Assembly (NCBI RefSeq): GCF_009914755.1
Contig: NC_060925.1
DNA from: the human T2T-CHM13v2.0 reference genome, Homo sapiens
Direction: 5' to 3' (one strand)
DNA length: 64,000 nt
Made by a program: the position numbers and the translations under genes. Positions 44,401 through 56,410 of this stretch are shown one piece after another. Under the pieces are notes generated by a model that worked only from the letters and a program-made list of their open reading frames with translations, was not told the origin of the DNA and searched no databases. Each line of letters begins with the position of its first letter. Position 1 is the first letter of the stretch.

Positions 44401-44841
44401 ACCAAAAGAACCATGAACCAGCTCTGTTGAGGATTTGATCAGTTTAGTGGACTCGTTGCTGAAAGCAAAGGTCACCCTGGGCTCCTGGAAGGAAGGGGCA
44501 CTTTCTACATGCCAGATGAGTGCTTAGTGGCTTACACACCTCCCCTGTAATACTCTCCACCTTCTTCAGGGATACATGCTACCTTCCCCAGGTAGATTTT
44601 ATTCATGCAACCCTAGACCTTGCCACTCACCAGGACGAGTTAGGCACTTCTAAGCTTAAGCGGAGGACAAAGGCCAAATGTCTTGACCACTTGTCCTTGT
44701 TCACTCTGGGATGCTGCTATTGATGTTTCTTTGGCAGTGTAACTGGGTCCTGTAGCTGAAAGTAGACAGAGATTCAGTTTAAAAGGAAAATTAACTGGAA
44801 ATCATTTTATCTCCAGATGTGCCCAATGCAATTTTATCTTG

Positions 44842-45070
44842 TTTTCTTTTCTTTTCTTTTCTTTTTTTTTAAGACTGGGTCATTCTGTTGCCCAGGCTGG
44901 AGTGTAGTGGTGCAATCATAGCTCACTGCAGCTGCGAACTCCTGGGTTAAAGCCATCTTCCCACCTCAGCCTCCTGAGCACCTGGGACTACAGACACGCA
45001 CCACCACACCCAGCTATTTTTATTTTATTTTTGTAGGAACAAAATCTTACTGTGTTGCCCAGGTTGGTCA
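44842..45070 (-). mobile_element. 5'-truncated AluJ
   Basis: ATCATAGCTCACTGCAGC; ends in the left arm; TSD AATTTTATCTT (44830-44840 / 45075-45085). Confidence 0.9.
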
Positions 45071-46585
45071 GGATAATTTTATCTTCAAGGCTCCCACATT
45101 CCCTCACTCCGAGGTGCCCTGTGCTGGCATTGAGGTCAGTCTCGTGGTGTTAGTTATTTAGATGTGACTACACTGTTTGGTGTGGCACATTGGGGCAGCT
45201 GGTTTATTCCTCCTACCAAGGATGTCCTGGCTGCCTGGAGCAAGAGCCACAGGCTGCCACCAGGCCCCACTGCCTTCACACCAAGAGGGCAGCAGGATGG
45301 GGTTGTCTGACGTTGAACTTGAAGTAGGATTGGGTTGAACTGACTGTTGAACTGGAAGTCAAGTTCTCAGAGTGCGTCTGGGATACTCAGCATCAGGAGA
45401 GGGCCCGCAGGGCAACCCTCAGACATCTGGTAGGAAATGAGCTCCAGGGCACTTGGGGGTGTTCTCTTTGAAAATATTTCCCTCTTATTTTCACTGCTAT
45501 TTTTTGCAATGTTTGTCCTTCTACTTGGAAGATTCTCCTGGGTCTTTCATGCCTGTGTCCTCAGTGCCTGGACAAGTGTGTGGCATCCAGTCAAGGAGGG
45601 CAGGAGGCTGATATCCCCCACCTGCCTCTCCCCACTCCAATCTACCATCTCATTTCTTTATTATGTCCTGTTTTCTCTTTTTTGGCATGCCTATTACCCA
45701 TCTCCATCATTAGAACTTACATTTCAGAGCTGAACTCGGTCTTCTTCTAATCATTCCATGCCTGATACCCTGTAGATACACAGTAAATATTCTGGGGAGT
45801 GGATGTTAAGTAAAAGTACGTGCTCAATAATTGTTTGTTCATTGCTTGAGAAATGGGGACTTTGGGGGAATAGCCAAGGTTGTTCTCAGAGAACCTTCTG
45901 GCCCTGTGTTTGATAGAATAGAGAGTCCCCTCTTGCCTTGTGGATTATTTTCATTTTCTGTTGCTCTGAGTGGCAGTGACTTTCCCTTTGGCCCTGCTCT
46001 ACACCCCGAGTATGGTTGGCCCCCTCCAAGTCTAAGCACAGGACATCTGAAAAAGGGGCCAAAATATAGGGGAGGTGAAGGAGATGCTGACCGGACGTGT
46101 TGGGAATGAAGGGGGAGAGTGACCAGCACCTGCAACTTGAGAATCCTCAGGAAAAGACCCAGGGATGAGATTTGGTTGTTCCTGGTTTTTTTTCCGGTTT
46201 GAAAGAGCTGTTTTCCCTCCTCGGATGCTGGCATTGATCCACTTTGAATTAGCTGTTGACTCCCTACTGGGATTACCAAGAAGATGATCTTTAATTACAC
46301 TCCTTCCCCTGCCTGCAAGGCCAAGCTGAAATGATCTGTCATATTCTGTTGGATTCCCTCTATATGCAAAATGTCAGGTCCTTCTTGTCTAACCCAGAGA
46401 CATTGAGCTTGAGGTTAGGAGGATCGACTTTGATTCCCTAGCCTGTGTCTAGCCAGCTAAGCAGCCTTACCTAGGGAGGCCACTTCACGTCCCTGAGCCT
46501 CAGTTCCCGTCTCTGTGATAGAAAAGATGATGCTTGCTCTGTCCTCCTGAAGGGAAGGTTGTAAAGACTGAATAAAATAATGAAT

Positions 46586-47042
46586 GGGAGCTAAAAAGTG
46601 GAGACAACCCAAATGTCCATGAGTTGATGAGTGGGTAAACAGAATGTGGTATATCCATACAACGGAGTATTATCCGGCAGTGAAAAGGAATGAAGCAGTG
46701 ATTCATGCCACAGCATGGATGAACCTTGAAAACATCATGCTAAAGGGAAAAAGCCAGACACAAAAGGCCATATATTGTATGATCCCATTTATATGAAATG
46801 TCCAGAACAGGCAAATCCATAGAGTTGGAAAGCAGATTGGTGGGTGCCAGGAGCTATGGGGAGGGGAGAATGGGGAGTGACTGCTAATAGGGATAGAGTT
46901 TCTTTTGGGGCTGATGAAAATGTTCTGGAATTATGGAGTAGTGATGGTTGCAGAACTTTGTGAGTATACTAAAAACCACTGAATTGTATACTTTAAAAGG
47001 GTGAATTTTAGGGTATAAGTATTATATCACAATAATAAAATT
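46586..47042 (+). mobile_element. L1MB 3' end inserted in a MIR
   Basis: CATGGATGAACCTTGAAAACATCATGCTAA..AAAAAGCCAGACACAAAAGGCCA...CACTGAATTGTATACTTTAAAAGGGTGAATTTTA. Confidence 0.9.
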
Positions 47043-48125
47043 AACACACATATAGGAAAGGACTGAGTAAGCTATAGGATCCATAGCATTGGAGTGTTAC
47101 CATCATCAACAGCATCCTCTTCATATTCTAGCATTTATTTAGTGCCAACTGTGTGCCCAGCAGTATGACAAGAGCAGTGCATACCTCTCTTTGTGTCATC
47201 TTTGTTTTGTAAAGAAGACCGAGGATTAGAGAAGTGAAGGCCCATGATCAAGGTTACAGGTTACAGGGCTATTAAGGGGCTGCCTGGACCGCAAAGCCTA
47301 GACCCTTCCCATTATCCCATGCTGCTATCTCACTTCAAGGGCTTCTGAGGGATAATGATATAACTTATTTTTTGGAGACCTAGCCATTGTTTAACTTAAA
47401 ATGGTTCTTAGGACTTCACTGGTGATACCCAAGACTCCCATTGGAAAGGCAGAAATATCTGCCTGGTCAGTGTAAGTGAACCTTCCAAGCTGTAGAAATT
47501 GACTGGCTCATGAGTGACTCACCCATGAGACTAGCCAGTGGTCTCTTTGGCCTGTGGGGTAAGAGTGGACTCCAAGAATTCTGAGAGGTGATGACAGACT
47601 CTAAGACACCCCAGGGGCCCATTTTCAGACCTTGGCGATGACAGGCACCTACCCAGAGGCTTAGGAAGACCATCCCAGGGTTCCTCTGGGAAGGGTTGAA
47701 AATCAGCTTTGCAATCACATCATGTGGAGAGGAGGACACTTCCAGGCCTTGGGAATTATTTATTGATGGGATTCCCTTGAGCCTGCTCCCATCTGTGAAG
47801 AGAGACCGAGGATGTGGCCTGCTAAGTCCAGAATAGCCAGGGTCTGCACCAGTATATCAAAAAGCTGCTGAGTGGAGACAGAAAACTCTGTAACTGTCAA
47901 TGGGGTATGCAGAGTACAGCAGCCCCTCAGGGGAGGTCCCAGAACCTCCCAGGTGTCCATGCAGCTGGTATGTGTGCTTTACGGAGAAAACACAGATAGC
48001 TTGTGCAGAAATGGGCTGTTTGGGGGCCCTGAGCTGCTCCTCATGCCCTACGAAGTCTGACCCCAGAATTGGGAGTGACTGTCTGGTGTGGCAGAAGGGA
48101 CTGAGAGGCAAGGGGCTCTGGCACC

Positions 48126-48684
48126 TCTGATGGTTAAATTAAGTGTCGACTGGATTGGACTGAAGATGCAAAGTATTGTTTCTGGGTGTTGCCGGAAGAG
48201 ATTAACATTTGAGTCAGTGGACTGGGAGAGGAAGACCTGCCCTCAGGAAGACCCACCCACAGGGTGGGTGGGCACTAGCCAATCAGCTGCCAGCGCGACT
48301 AGAAAAAGCAGGCAGAAGAAGGTGGAAGAAGCTGACTTGCTGAGTCTTCCGGCCTTCATCTTTCTCCCGTACTGGAGGCTTCCTACCCTCGAACATCAGA
48401 CTCCAAGTTCTTAGGTTTTTGGACTCTTGGACTTAACACCAGTGGTTTGCGAGGGGCTCTCGGGCCTTTGGCCACAGACTGCAGGCTGCACTGTTGACTT
48501 CCCTACTTTTGAGGTTTTGGGACTTGGACCGAGCCACTGCTGGCTTCCTTGCTCCTCAGCTTGCAGGCGGCCTATCGTGGGACTTTACCCTGTGATCGTG
48601 TGAGTCAATTCTCCTTAATAAAGTCCCTTTTGTATATACATATGCCTATTAGCTCTATCCCTCTAGAGAACCCTGACTAATATA
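48126..48684 (+). mobile_element. MLT2A2-like (HERV-L) solo LTR
   Basis: GATGGTTAA...GATGCAAAGTATTG...GAGATTAACATTTGAGTCAGTGGACTGGG...CCTCTAGAGAACCCTGACTAATA; perfect 5-bp TSD GCACC. Confidence 0.92.
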
Positions 48685-49135
48685 GCACCTTAGCTCCAGC
48701 TCCCATGGGCTGTTTGATGCAGGGCGAGCCCCTTCCCCTCTCAGGCTCAGGTTTCATTATTTACTACAGATGGTGTTAAACTGCAAAACCAGTGAGTCCA
48801 CCTTTACTCAGCAAGCCTTTGCTATGGCCCTACTCTTTGCCTGGCTCTCAGCAAGGGGATGGGGATATAATGGTGGATATAATATAGCCCTTATGTAATA
48901 TATCCCGTATGTAATAGGGGATATATAGATGGGGATATAATAGGACCGAAAAAGGGCATCAGCCTCACCTTTTTGGAGCTTACAGGTTAGTGAGGGAACC
49001 AGAGATTAATTACATAATCCCAAAAACGTATAATTACAGATTGTGGTAAATGCTGTGAAAAAGCAGCAAATGTTTCTGTTAATGCACAGACTTTACCTTT
49101 TGCAAGCCTACTATGTGCCAGACACTCGTCACGCT

Positions 49136-49699
49136 TGTATAAAATGTACCTGGAATTTTGCCTTTATTCGGGTATGGTGAAGTCCATAAATCAAGAGACA
49201 ATTACCGTTGAAAATATAGTTTGTTACTTACAGTTCTCAAGAGAAGCGGGCAGGCCAGGCCATGTAGGGCCGCATGAGGAAGTACCAGGGTCGGTTAGCA
49301 GGCTGAAGGAGGCAAGGGGAAAGCCTGGGCCAGAGCTTTTGTTGGGTCTTTTTTTTTTTGGAAGGAATAGGCAAGGCAGAGTAAGTACACCAAGTAAGTT
49401 TAGGATTGGATTGTTTGAATAACTTAGTTGAGCTCTGGGGTGCAGGGGTGGTCCCTTTTTGTTGAATGCCTGGCCCTGGGGTGATATGGGGTAGGGGGAA
49501 TATTGGTTTGGTATGTGACAGTTTGATAAAGGCAGTGGTAGGGGCTGTGGGTTCCGGATTGGTTGATTTGCATAGCAAAGGTGCGTTCACAGGCAGGTTG
49601 TTTGCTGTCTCTAGGAACTAACACTCCCTCCCCAGGTCTGAAAGGCACCAAGATGTCCAAGCATTGTAAACTCTAGAAAATAAAAAACATGACCAATCA
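49136..49699 (-). mobile_element. MER74-like ERVL solo LTR
   Basis: Antisense of CATGTTTTTTATTTTCT...GACATCTTGG...TCCTAGAGACAGCAAACAAC...ATGCAAATCAACCAATCC. Confidence 0.75.
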
Positions 49700-50189
49700 G
49701 GTGCCTTACGTGTTTGTATTGACCTTTTAAATCCTCACATTTGCCCTGTGAGGTAGGTACTAGTGACAGCAGCATCCCCATTGTTCAGATAGGGAAACTG
49801 AGGCTTAGAGAGGTAAGAAACATGCCCAAGGTCACTTGGCTAGTCGGATAGGCATCAGGTTTTGAACCCAGACAGTCATGCTCCACCACTGGGGCGCCTC
49901 AGAATCTCATTCCTGTCTCGGTCTTGTCTTGTTGAGCATAATAAGTGAGGAGTGATTTGTGGCTAAGGCTCAAGGAGGCACCACTTGTGTCAAGGGTGAA
50001 GGATGCAGTGAGGAAGGAAAGGCTTTGAGACCAACAGGACAAGAGGGAGAAGGTGGCTGGGGCACAGCTGACCATGCAACTCGCCTGTGGAATGTTTAAA
50101 GCCGGCAGATGCTGGGCCCCCACTCCAGACCTACTAAACCAGAATCTCTCTGGGAGGTGATATTTTTAATTAAATTCCCTGAGTGACTC

Positions 50190-51478
50190 TTTTTAAAATT
50201 ATCTTTTTAAAAAAATTACGGTATGATTCACATACAGTGAAATGCACAGATCTTAAATGTACGGTTTGATGAGTTTTGACAAGTGCATACACTGATGGTA
50301 ATTCACACCCCTACCAAGACACGGAATCTTTCCCTCATCCTGGAAAACGCCTTTGTGCTCCTTCCCAGTCCGTTCCTACGTAGCCCTCCCCCTACTCCTG
50401 CAGCTATGGCTCTGAGTTCTATCAGTATAGATTAGTTTTGCCTGATCTAGAACTTTATCTACGTGGATCCTAGAGTATGTGTACTTTTATGTTGGGCTGC
50501 TTTCACTCAGCAAAATATTTTTTTTTATTATTTAAGTTCTGGGATACGTGTGCAGAATGTGCAGGTTTGCTACACAGGTATATATGTGCCATGGTGGTTT
50601 GCTGCACCCATCAACCCGTCACCTAGGTTTTAAGCCCCACAGAATAGGTATTTGTCCTAATGCTGTCCCTCCCCTTGCCTCCCAACTCCCAACAGGCCCC
50701 GGTGTGTGATGTTCCCCTCCCTATGTCCGTGTGTTCTCATTGTTTAACTCCCATTTATGAGTGAGAACATGTGGTGTTTGGTTTTCTGTTCCTGTGTTAG
50801 TTTGAGATTCATCTAAGTTGTTGTGTGTTTCAGTAGTTCATTCATTTTGTAGCTGAGGAGTATTACATGGTATGGTGTGTTTTAGGCTGTTGTTGCATTG
50901 CTGTAAGGAAATACGTGAGACTCGGTAATTTAGAAAGAAAAGAGCCTTCATTGGCTCCTGGTTCTGCAGGCTCTACAAGAAGCATGGTGCTGGCGTGCTT
51001 GGCTTCTGAGGAGGGCCTCAGGTAGCTTACAGTCATGGCAGAAGATGTAGAGGGAACAGGCACGTTACAGGCAAAAGGAAGAGCAAGAGAGAGAATTAGC
51101 AGGAGGTGGCACACATTTCAAGCCACTAGATCTCCTGTGAACTCAGAAGGGGAGCTCCCTCATCATCAAGGGGGCTGCCCAAGTCATTCCTGAGGGATCC
51201 GCCCCCATGATCCAAACACCTCCCACCAGGCCCCACTTCCAACACTGGGGGTTACATCGCAACATGAGGTTTGGGTGGGGACAAATACCTACACTATATC
51301 ATGTGGCTATGCCACAGTTTATCTATTCATTCTCCTATTGATGGACACTTGGATTGTTTCCAGTTTGGGCTACTCGGAGTAAAGCTACTATGGACATTTG
51401 TGTTCAAGTCTTTTTGTGGACATATGTTTTCATTTCTCCTGGGTAAATATCTAGGACTGGAATGGTGAGGTTGCCCGT
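50190..51478 (-). mobile_element. Old L1 (L1MD/ME-like) 3' end with nested L1PA 3' fragment (~50520-50803) and MST LTR
   Basis: AAATGCACAGATCTTAAATGTAC..TTTGATGAGTTTTGACAA; inner GTGCAGGTTTG...GTGTGTGATGTTCCCCTCCCT; resumes at 51302. Confidence 0.8.
50876..51301 (-). mobile_element. MSTB-like MaLR solo LTR
   Basis: TTGCATTGCTGTAAGGAAATAC.TGAGACT...GAGGGATCCGCCCCCATGATCCAAACACCTCCCACCAGGCCCC; TSD TATGG/TGTGG. Confidence 0.88.
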
Positions 51479-51660
51479 GGGTGACTCATTGCAGCCAGCC
51501 CAACACTGACATTTCAGAAACTCTGGACAGACCAACTCATGACTGTAATTCTTTTGAGCTCCAAAACTCCATTTTCAGCTTGAAAGTGGCATTTGCAGTT
51601 GCTACATTTTTTTTAATGGTGGTAAAATAGACATAACATAAAATTTGCCATTTTAACTAT

Positions 51661-51667
51661 ATATATA

Positions 51668-51742
<75 letters not shown>

Positions 51743-52033
51743 GAGACGGAGTCTCGCTCTGTCGCCCAGGCTGGAGTGCAGTGGCGCAATCTTGGCTCAC
51801 TGCAAGCTCCGCCTCCCGCCTCCCGGGAGGCGTTCTCCTGCCATTCTCCTGCCTCAGCATCCACGAGTAGCTGGGACTACAGGCGCCCGCCACCACACCC
51901 AGCTAATTTTTTGTATTTTTAGTAGAGACAGGATTTCACCATGTTAGCCAGGATGGTCTCGATCTCCTGACCTCGTGATCCGCCCAGCCTCTCAAAGTGC
52001 TGGGATTACAGGCGTGAGCCACCGCGCCCGGCC
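51661..52033 (-). mobile_element. AluY with (TA)n-extended tail and internal rearrangement
   Basis: AluY diagnostics; TSD CATTTTAACTAT (51649-51660 / 52034-52045) encloses the (TA)n tract. Confidence 0.94.
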
Positions 52034-52320
52034 CATTTTAACTATTTTTAAATGTATTGTTCAGCAGCATTAAGTTACATCCACATTGTTGCGCAACCAT
52101 CATCACTATCCATCTCCAGAACGTTTTTCATCTTCTCAAAGAGCAGCTATCCCCATTAAACACTAACTCTCCATTCCCCCTTCCTTCCAGGCCCTGGCAT
52201 CCACCATTCTACTCCCTTTCTCTATGGATTTCACTGCTCTGGGTAACTCGTAGCAGGTGAATCATACAGTATTGTTCTTTTGTGACTGTCTGGCTTCACT
52301 TATAATACCTTCAAGGTTAA

Positions 52321-52635
<315 letters not shown>

Positions 52636-54490
52636 AGAATTCCCTTCTTTTTTAAGGCAGAGTAATATCCCATTGTATATAGAGACCACATTTTGTTGTT
52701 ATATTTTTAATGGAAAAAAAAATGTATTCTAAAAGAAAACAGAGTTTTTAAAGGAACGTGGAATTACCTTGCCCTAAACTATAAATTCTTCCCTTCCTCA
52801 CATATTTACCTGTTAATGCTCATGACACTCTAGACCCAGGAGGTCTTTAAATGCAAACAAGTCCACACAAGGTAGATGCTACCATCTTTTTATTGTAAGA
52901 GATGGACACATACAGGATCAGCAGCTGCCACTGGCAGCTCTTCTCTCCCATTTGAACTGGTTTCCCAGGAAGTCTGTTAAAAATCCTCTCTCCTTTTCTT
53001 TTTCAAGAGCTTCAGTTCCTACCAGAGTCTGAAAAGTAGATCTCTTTGTTTATATTTCCCTTGGCTGTTTTAAAGCCTTATTTGTCATATCTGACATAGT
53101 GCGAGTTCCCTATCAGATATGAGAGGAGGCGCCTGCTGACAGCGTGATGGGATGGGAAATGTGAGCTGAAAGCCATTTAGACTCTGACCCTCAGTGCCTT
53201 CCCAGGAACTGGAAGCTGCCAAGAGTCTCAGTGGTAGGAACGACCCTGATAAAAACAGGCAGAGTTAATTGCCTGGGTGCTGAGTCGCTCCAGAAGTGCA
53301 AGGAAACAATAAAGGTCGTAATTAAAACTCAGTTGCTCGAATTTGAGAGTTACAGCCTGTCTCAAAGAAGATGCGTAGGTCAAACACACGAATTATATTA
53401 ATGGGACGTGACTGCAGAGATGAAGTGCAAAGATATTCCACCCATTCTCCTCCGGGGGCTCCTACTGAGCCTTTCAACCTCAACTCAAGATGCTATTAGG
53501 CATTCTTGGACCCTCCAATGACCACTCTCTCCTTCCAGCCTCCACTGCTTCCCCTACGTTTTCTCCACTCCAGCCCCTGTGACATGGTGTTGACACACTG
53601 AATGCAGTCAATGAATAAATGATAAATGGATGCACATTGCGTGTCACTTATTCACGACCCATTTATTAACCTCATTAGAGTATCAGCTCTGTTAAAGCAG
53701 GGACTGTCTCATCTTCTCCCCAGCTCCCAGCCCCCCTATCTGGTACCAAGGAGATCCTCAGGAAAGGTTCCCAAACTTAGAAGCATAGTGCACATCCTGT
53801 AGTATCCTCATTAGTGCTGTGCAGTGCGTGCTTCCTCTCCACCCTGTATCCTCAGCATTGCTGAGACAGCCATTATTTCTTCTTAGTTATTATTTTTTGG
53901 ATCCTCGGCATCTAGCCCCTACCTAGCACATAGTAGGAGTTCAGTGCAATACACACTGATTCTTGAATGATATTTCAGCAGCAATTCCATTTTTCTTATG
54001 CACTGGAGTATTTGTATTTCTTCTGAAATACAACAAGAGTTGTACTCCAGTACCTTGTCTATCCCACTTTATTCTAGAATAGAATTAGGGAGGCTGTCTT
54101 GGGCTTGGGCTGTCTACGCAGAGTTTTATTACTCAGGTACCAAGCTAAGCCCTGGCCCCGTATCAAGCTCCTATAAGTGTCTCTTATCATCTTCACAAGG
54201 CTTGATGTGCTTGCTTTTTTGTTGAGCCTTTTCATGGACATTGTAGACTCCAGGAATACCAATCTCAGGGCAGTGGCTTTGCAGGTTTACCTCGTGGAAT
54301 CAGCGTTGGGGCTGTGGGCAGAGGATACTTGATTGGTATTAGGGTTGCACAGACCAAGTTTGATCCCAGCTCCACCACTCATGGGTTCTTTGACCTCAGG
54401 AGCAAGCTATTTCACCCTGAATGCCGTTTTTCCCATCTGCAAAATGGGGATAAATCCTGCCCACTACTACATGATGCAAGGGTTGGTTGG

Positions 54491-55006
54491 TGTGTTCATT
54501 TCCTGTGGCTGCTGTGGCACATCACCACAAGCCAGGTGGCTTGAAACAACACAAATTTATTCTTTTATGGTTCTGGAGGCCAGAAGTGTGGACTGAGTCT
54601 TATGGGGCTAAAGGCAAAGTGTTGGCAGAGCTGGTTCCTTCTAGAGGCTCCAGGAGAGATGTTTCTTCGCTCTTTCTAGCTTCTAGAGGCTGCCTGTTTT
54701 CCTTGGCTTGTGGCCCCTTCCTATCTTCAAAGCCAACAGTGTAGCATCTTCTCTCTCTGACTCTGCTTGCCTCTGTTTCTGTTGTCACATGGCCTTCCTC
54801 CCAGTCTGACTTCTCCTGCACTCATCTTATCAGGACCCTTGCAATGACATCAGGCCCACCTGGATAACCCAGGATCATTTCCCCACCTAAAGATCCTGAA
54901 TCCCATTTTCAGAGTCCCTTTTAAATACTATGCAAGGTAACATATTTGTAATTTCTGGGGATTTAGGATGGGGACATCTTTGGGGGCCATTATACAGGCT
55001 ACCACA
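54491..55006 (-). mobile_element. MLT1C/D-like solo LTR inserted in a MIR
   Basis: TGTGTTCATTTCCTGTGGCTGCTG...GGGACATCTTTGGGGGCCATTAT..AGGCTACCACA; TSD GTTGG/GATGG. Confidence 0.87.
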
Positions 55007-55098
55007 GATGGGATTGTGTACATGGTGACATTCATGTAACTGAAGTGCCATATTGTCCTATGTGCTCCATCCCGAGAGTAAAACTCGTATCTGAGGCT

Positions 55099-55560
55099 CT
55101 CTTAGTTTGGGTTCCACCAGAAGCAAATTCTGAGACAAGGATTCAAGAACAAATAGTTTATCTGAAAGATGCCAGAACACCAGTAGGGCCTCAGGAAAGT
55201 GAGATATGAAAGGGAAGGCAGCCACTCAAGGGTGAGTTTCCATGCCAGCTCCCACTGGGAGAATGGAGCTTAATCCTGCCGGAGAAACTCTGGGAGCTGG
55301 TATAGAGCATGCTTCAGAGCTACACAACCTTAGGGGTGAGGGAGCTGGGGTATTTATACACCAATTCCCATCAGTCGTTGGTATGGGAACTTCCCACAAT
55401 TCTGTGCCACTGGTCTGATGTACAGGTGGCAGGCTGAGCTCCAGCAGGAGGGGAAGGCCTCAGATGAAGAAATGCGGGCAGTGGTAGCTAGAAGTCAGGC
55501 CAATGTGCACCCATGTACTGAGGGCCAGGGGACATGGGCAGAGGATTGGCAGTGTCTTCT
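55099..55560 (-). mobile_element. LTR16-like ERVL LTR
   Basis: GGGTTCCACCAGAAGCAAATTCTGAGACAAGGATTC...GGGGTGAGGGAGCTGGGGTATTTATACACCAA. Confidence 0.65.
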
Positions 55561-56015
55561 ACAGAGGACCAGGGCCTCCAAATGCTCTTGGCGGCATTCG
55601 GCTCAGCACCTGCCTGAGCATCTCTGCTCTTGCAGTCAAATCGTTCGCCTGCTCAGAGTCACTTGTGGTTAGTTTCAAGCCTGTGTATGCCAGTTGTACT
55701 GTTATTTAATGAAACTAAGGTGAAAACTTGTTAGGAGTCAATTGCTTTGGGAGAAATGCTGTTTAGTTAGATACGGTCAAGACAACTATAAAAGATGGTG
55801 GCAGAGGATAAGGAACCACAGAACTCTAGAAAGAGTAGTTGTTTCTCACTCACTTTAGAGAATCCCCAGCTGGAACTCATAGATGATAAATTACAGCTAT
55901 GGCTTCTGTGTGTGTGCGCACGTGTGTATTCAATTCCCATAACTCCGTGGGATGGGTATTATTCCCATTTTACTGATCATTGGTGAAGAAACTGAGGCCC
56001 AAAGAGATGGAGTAA

Positions 56016-56410
<395 letters not shown>

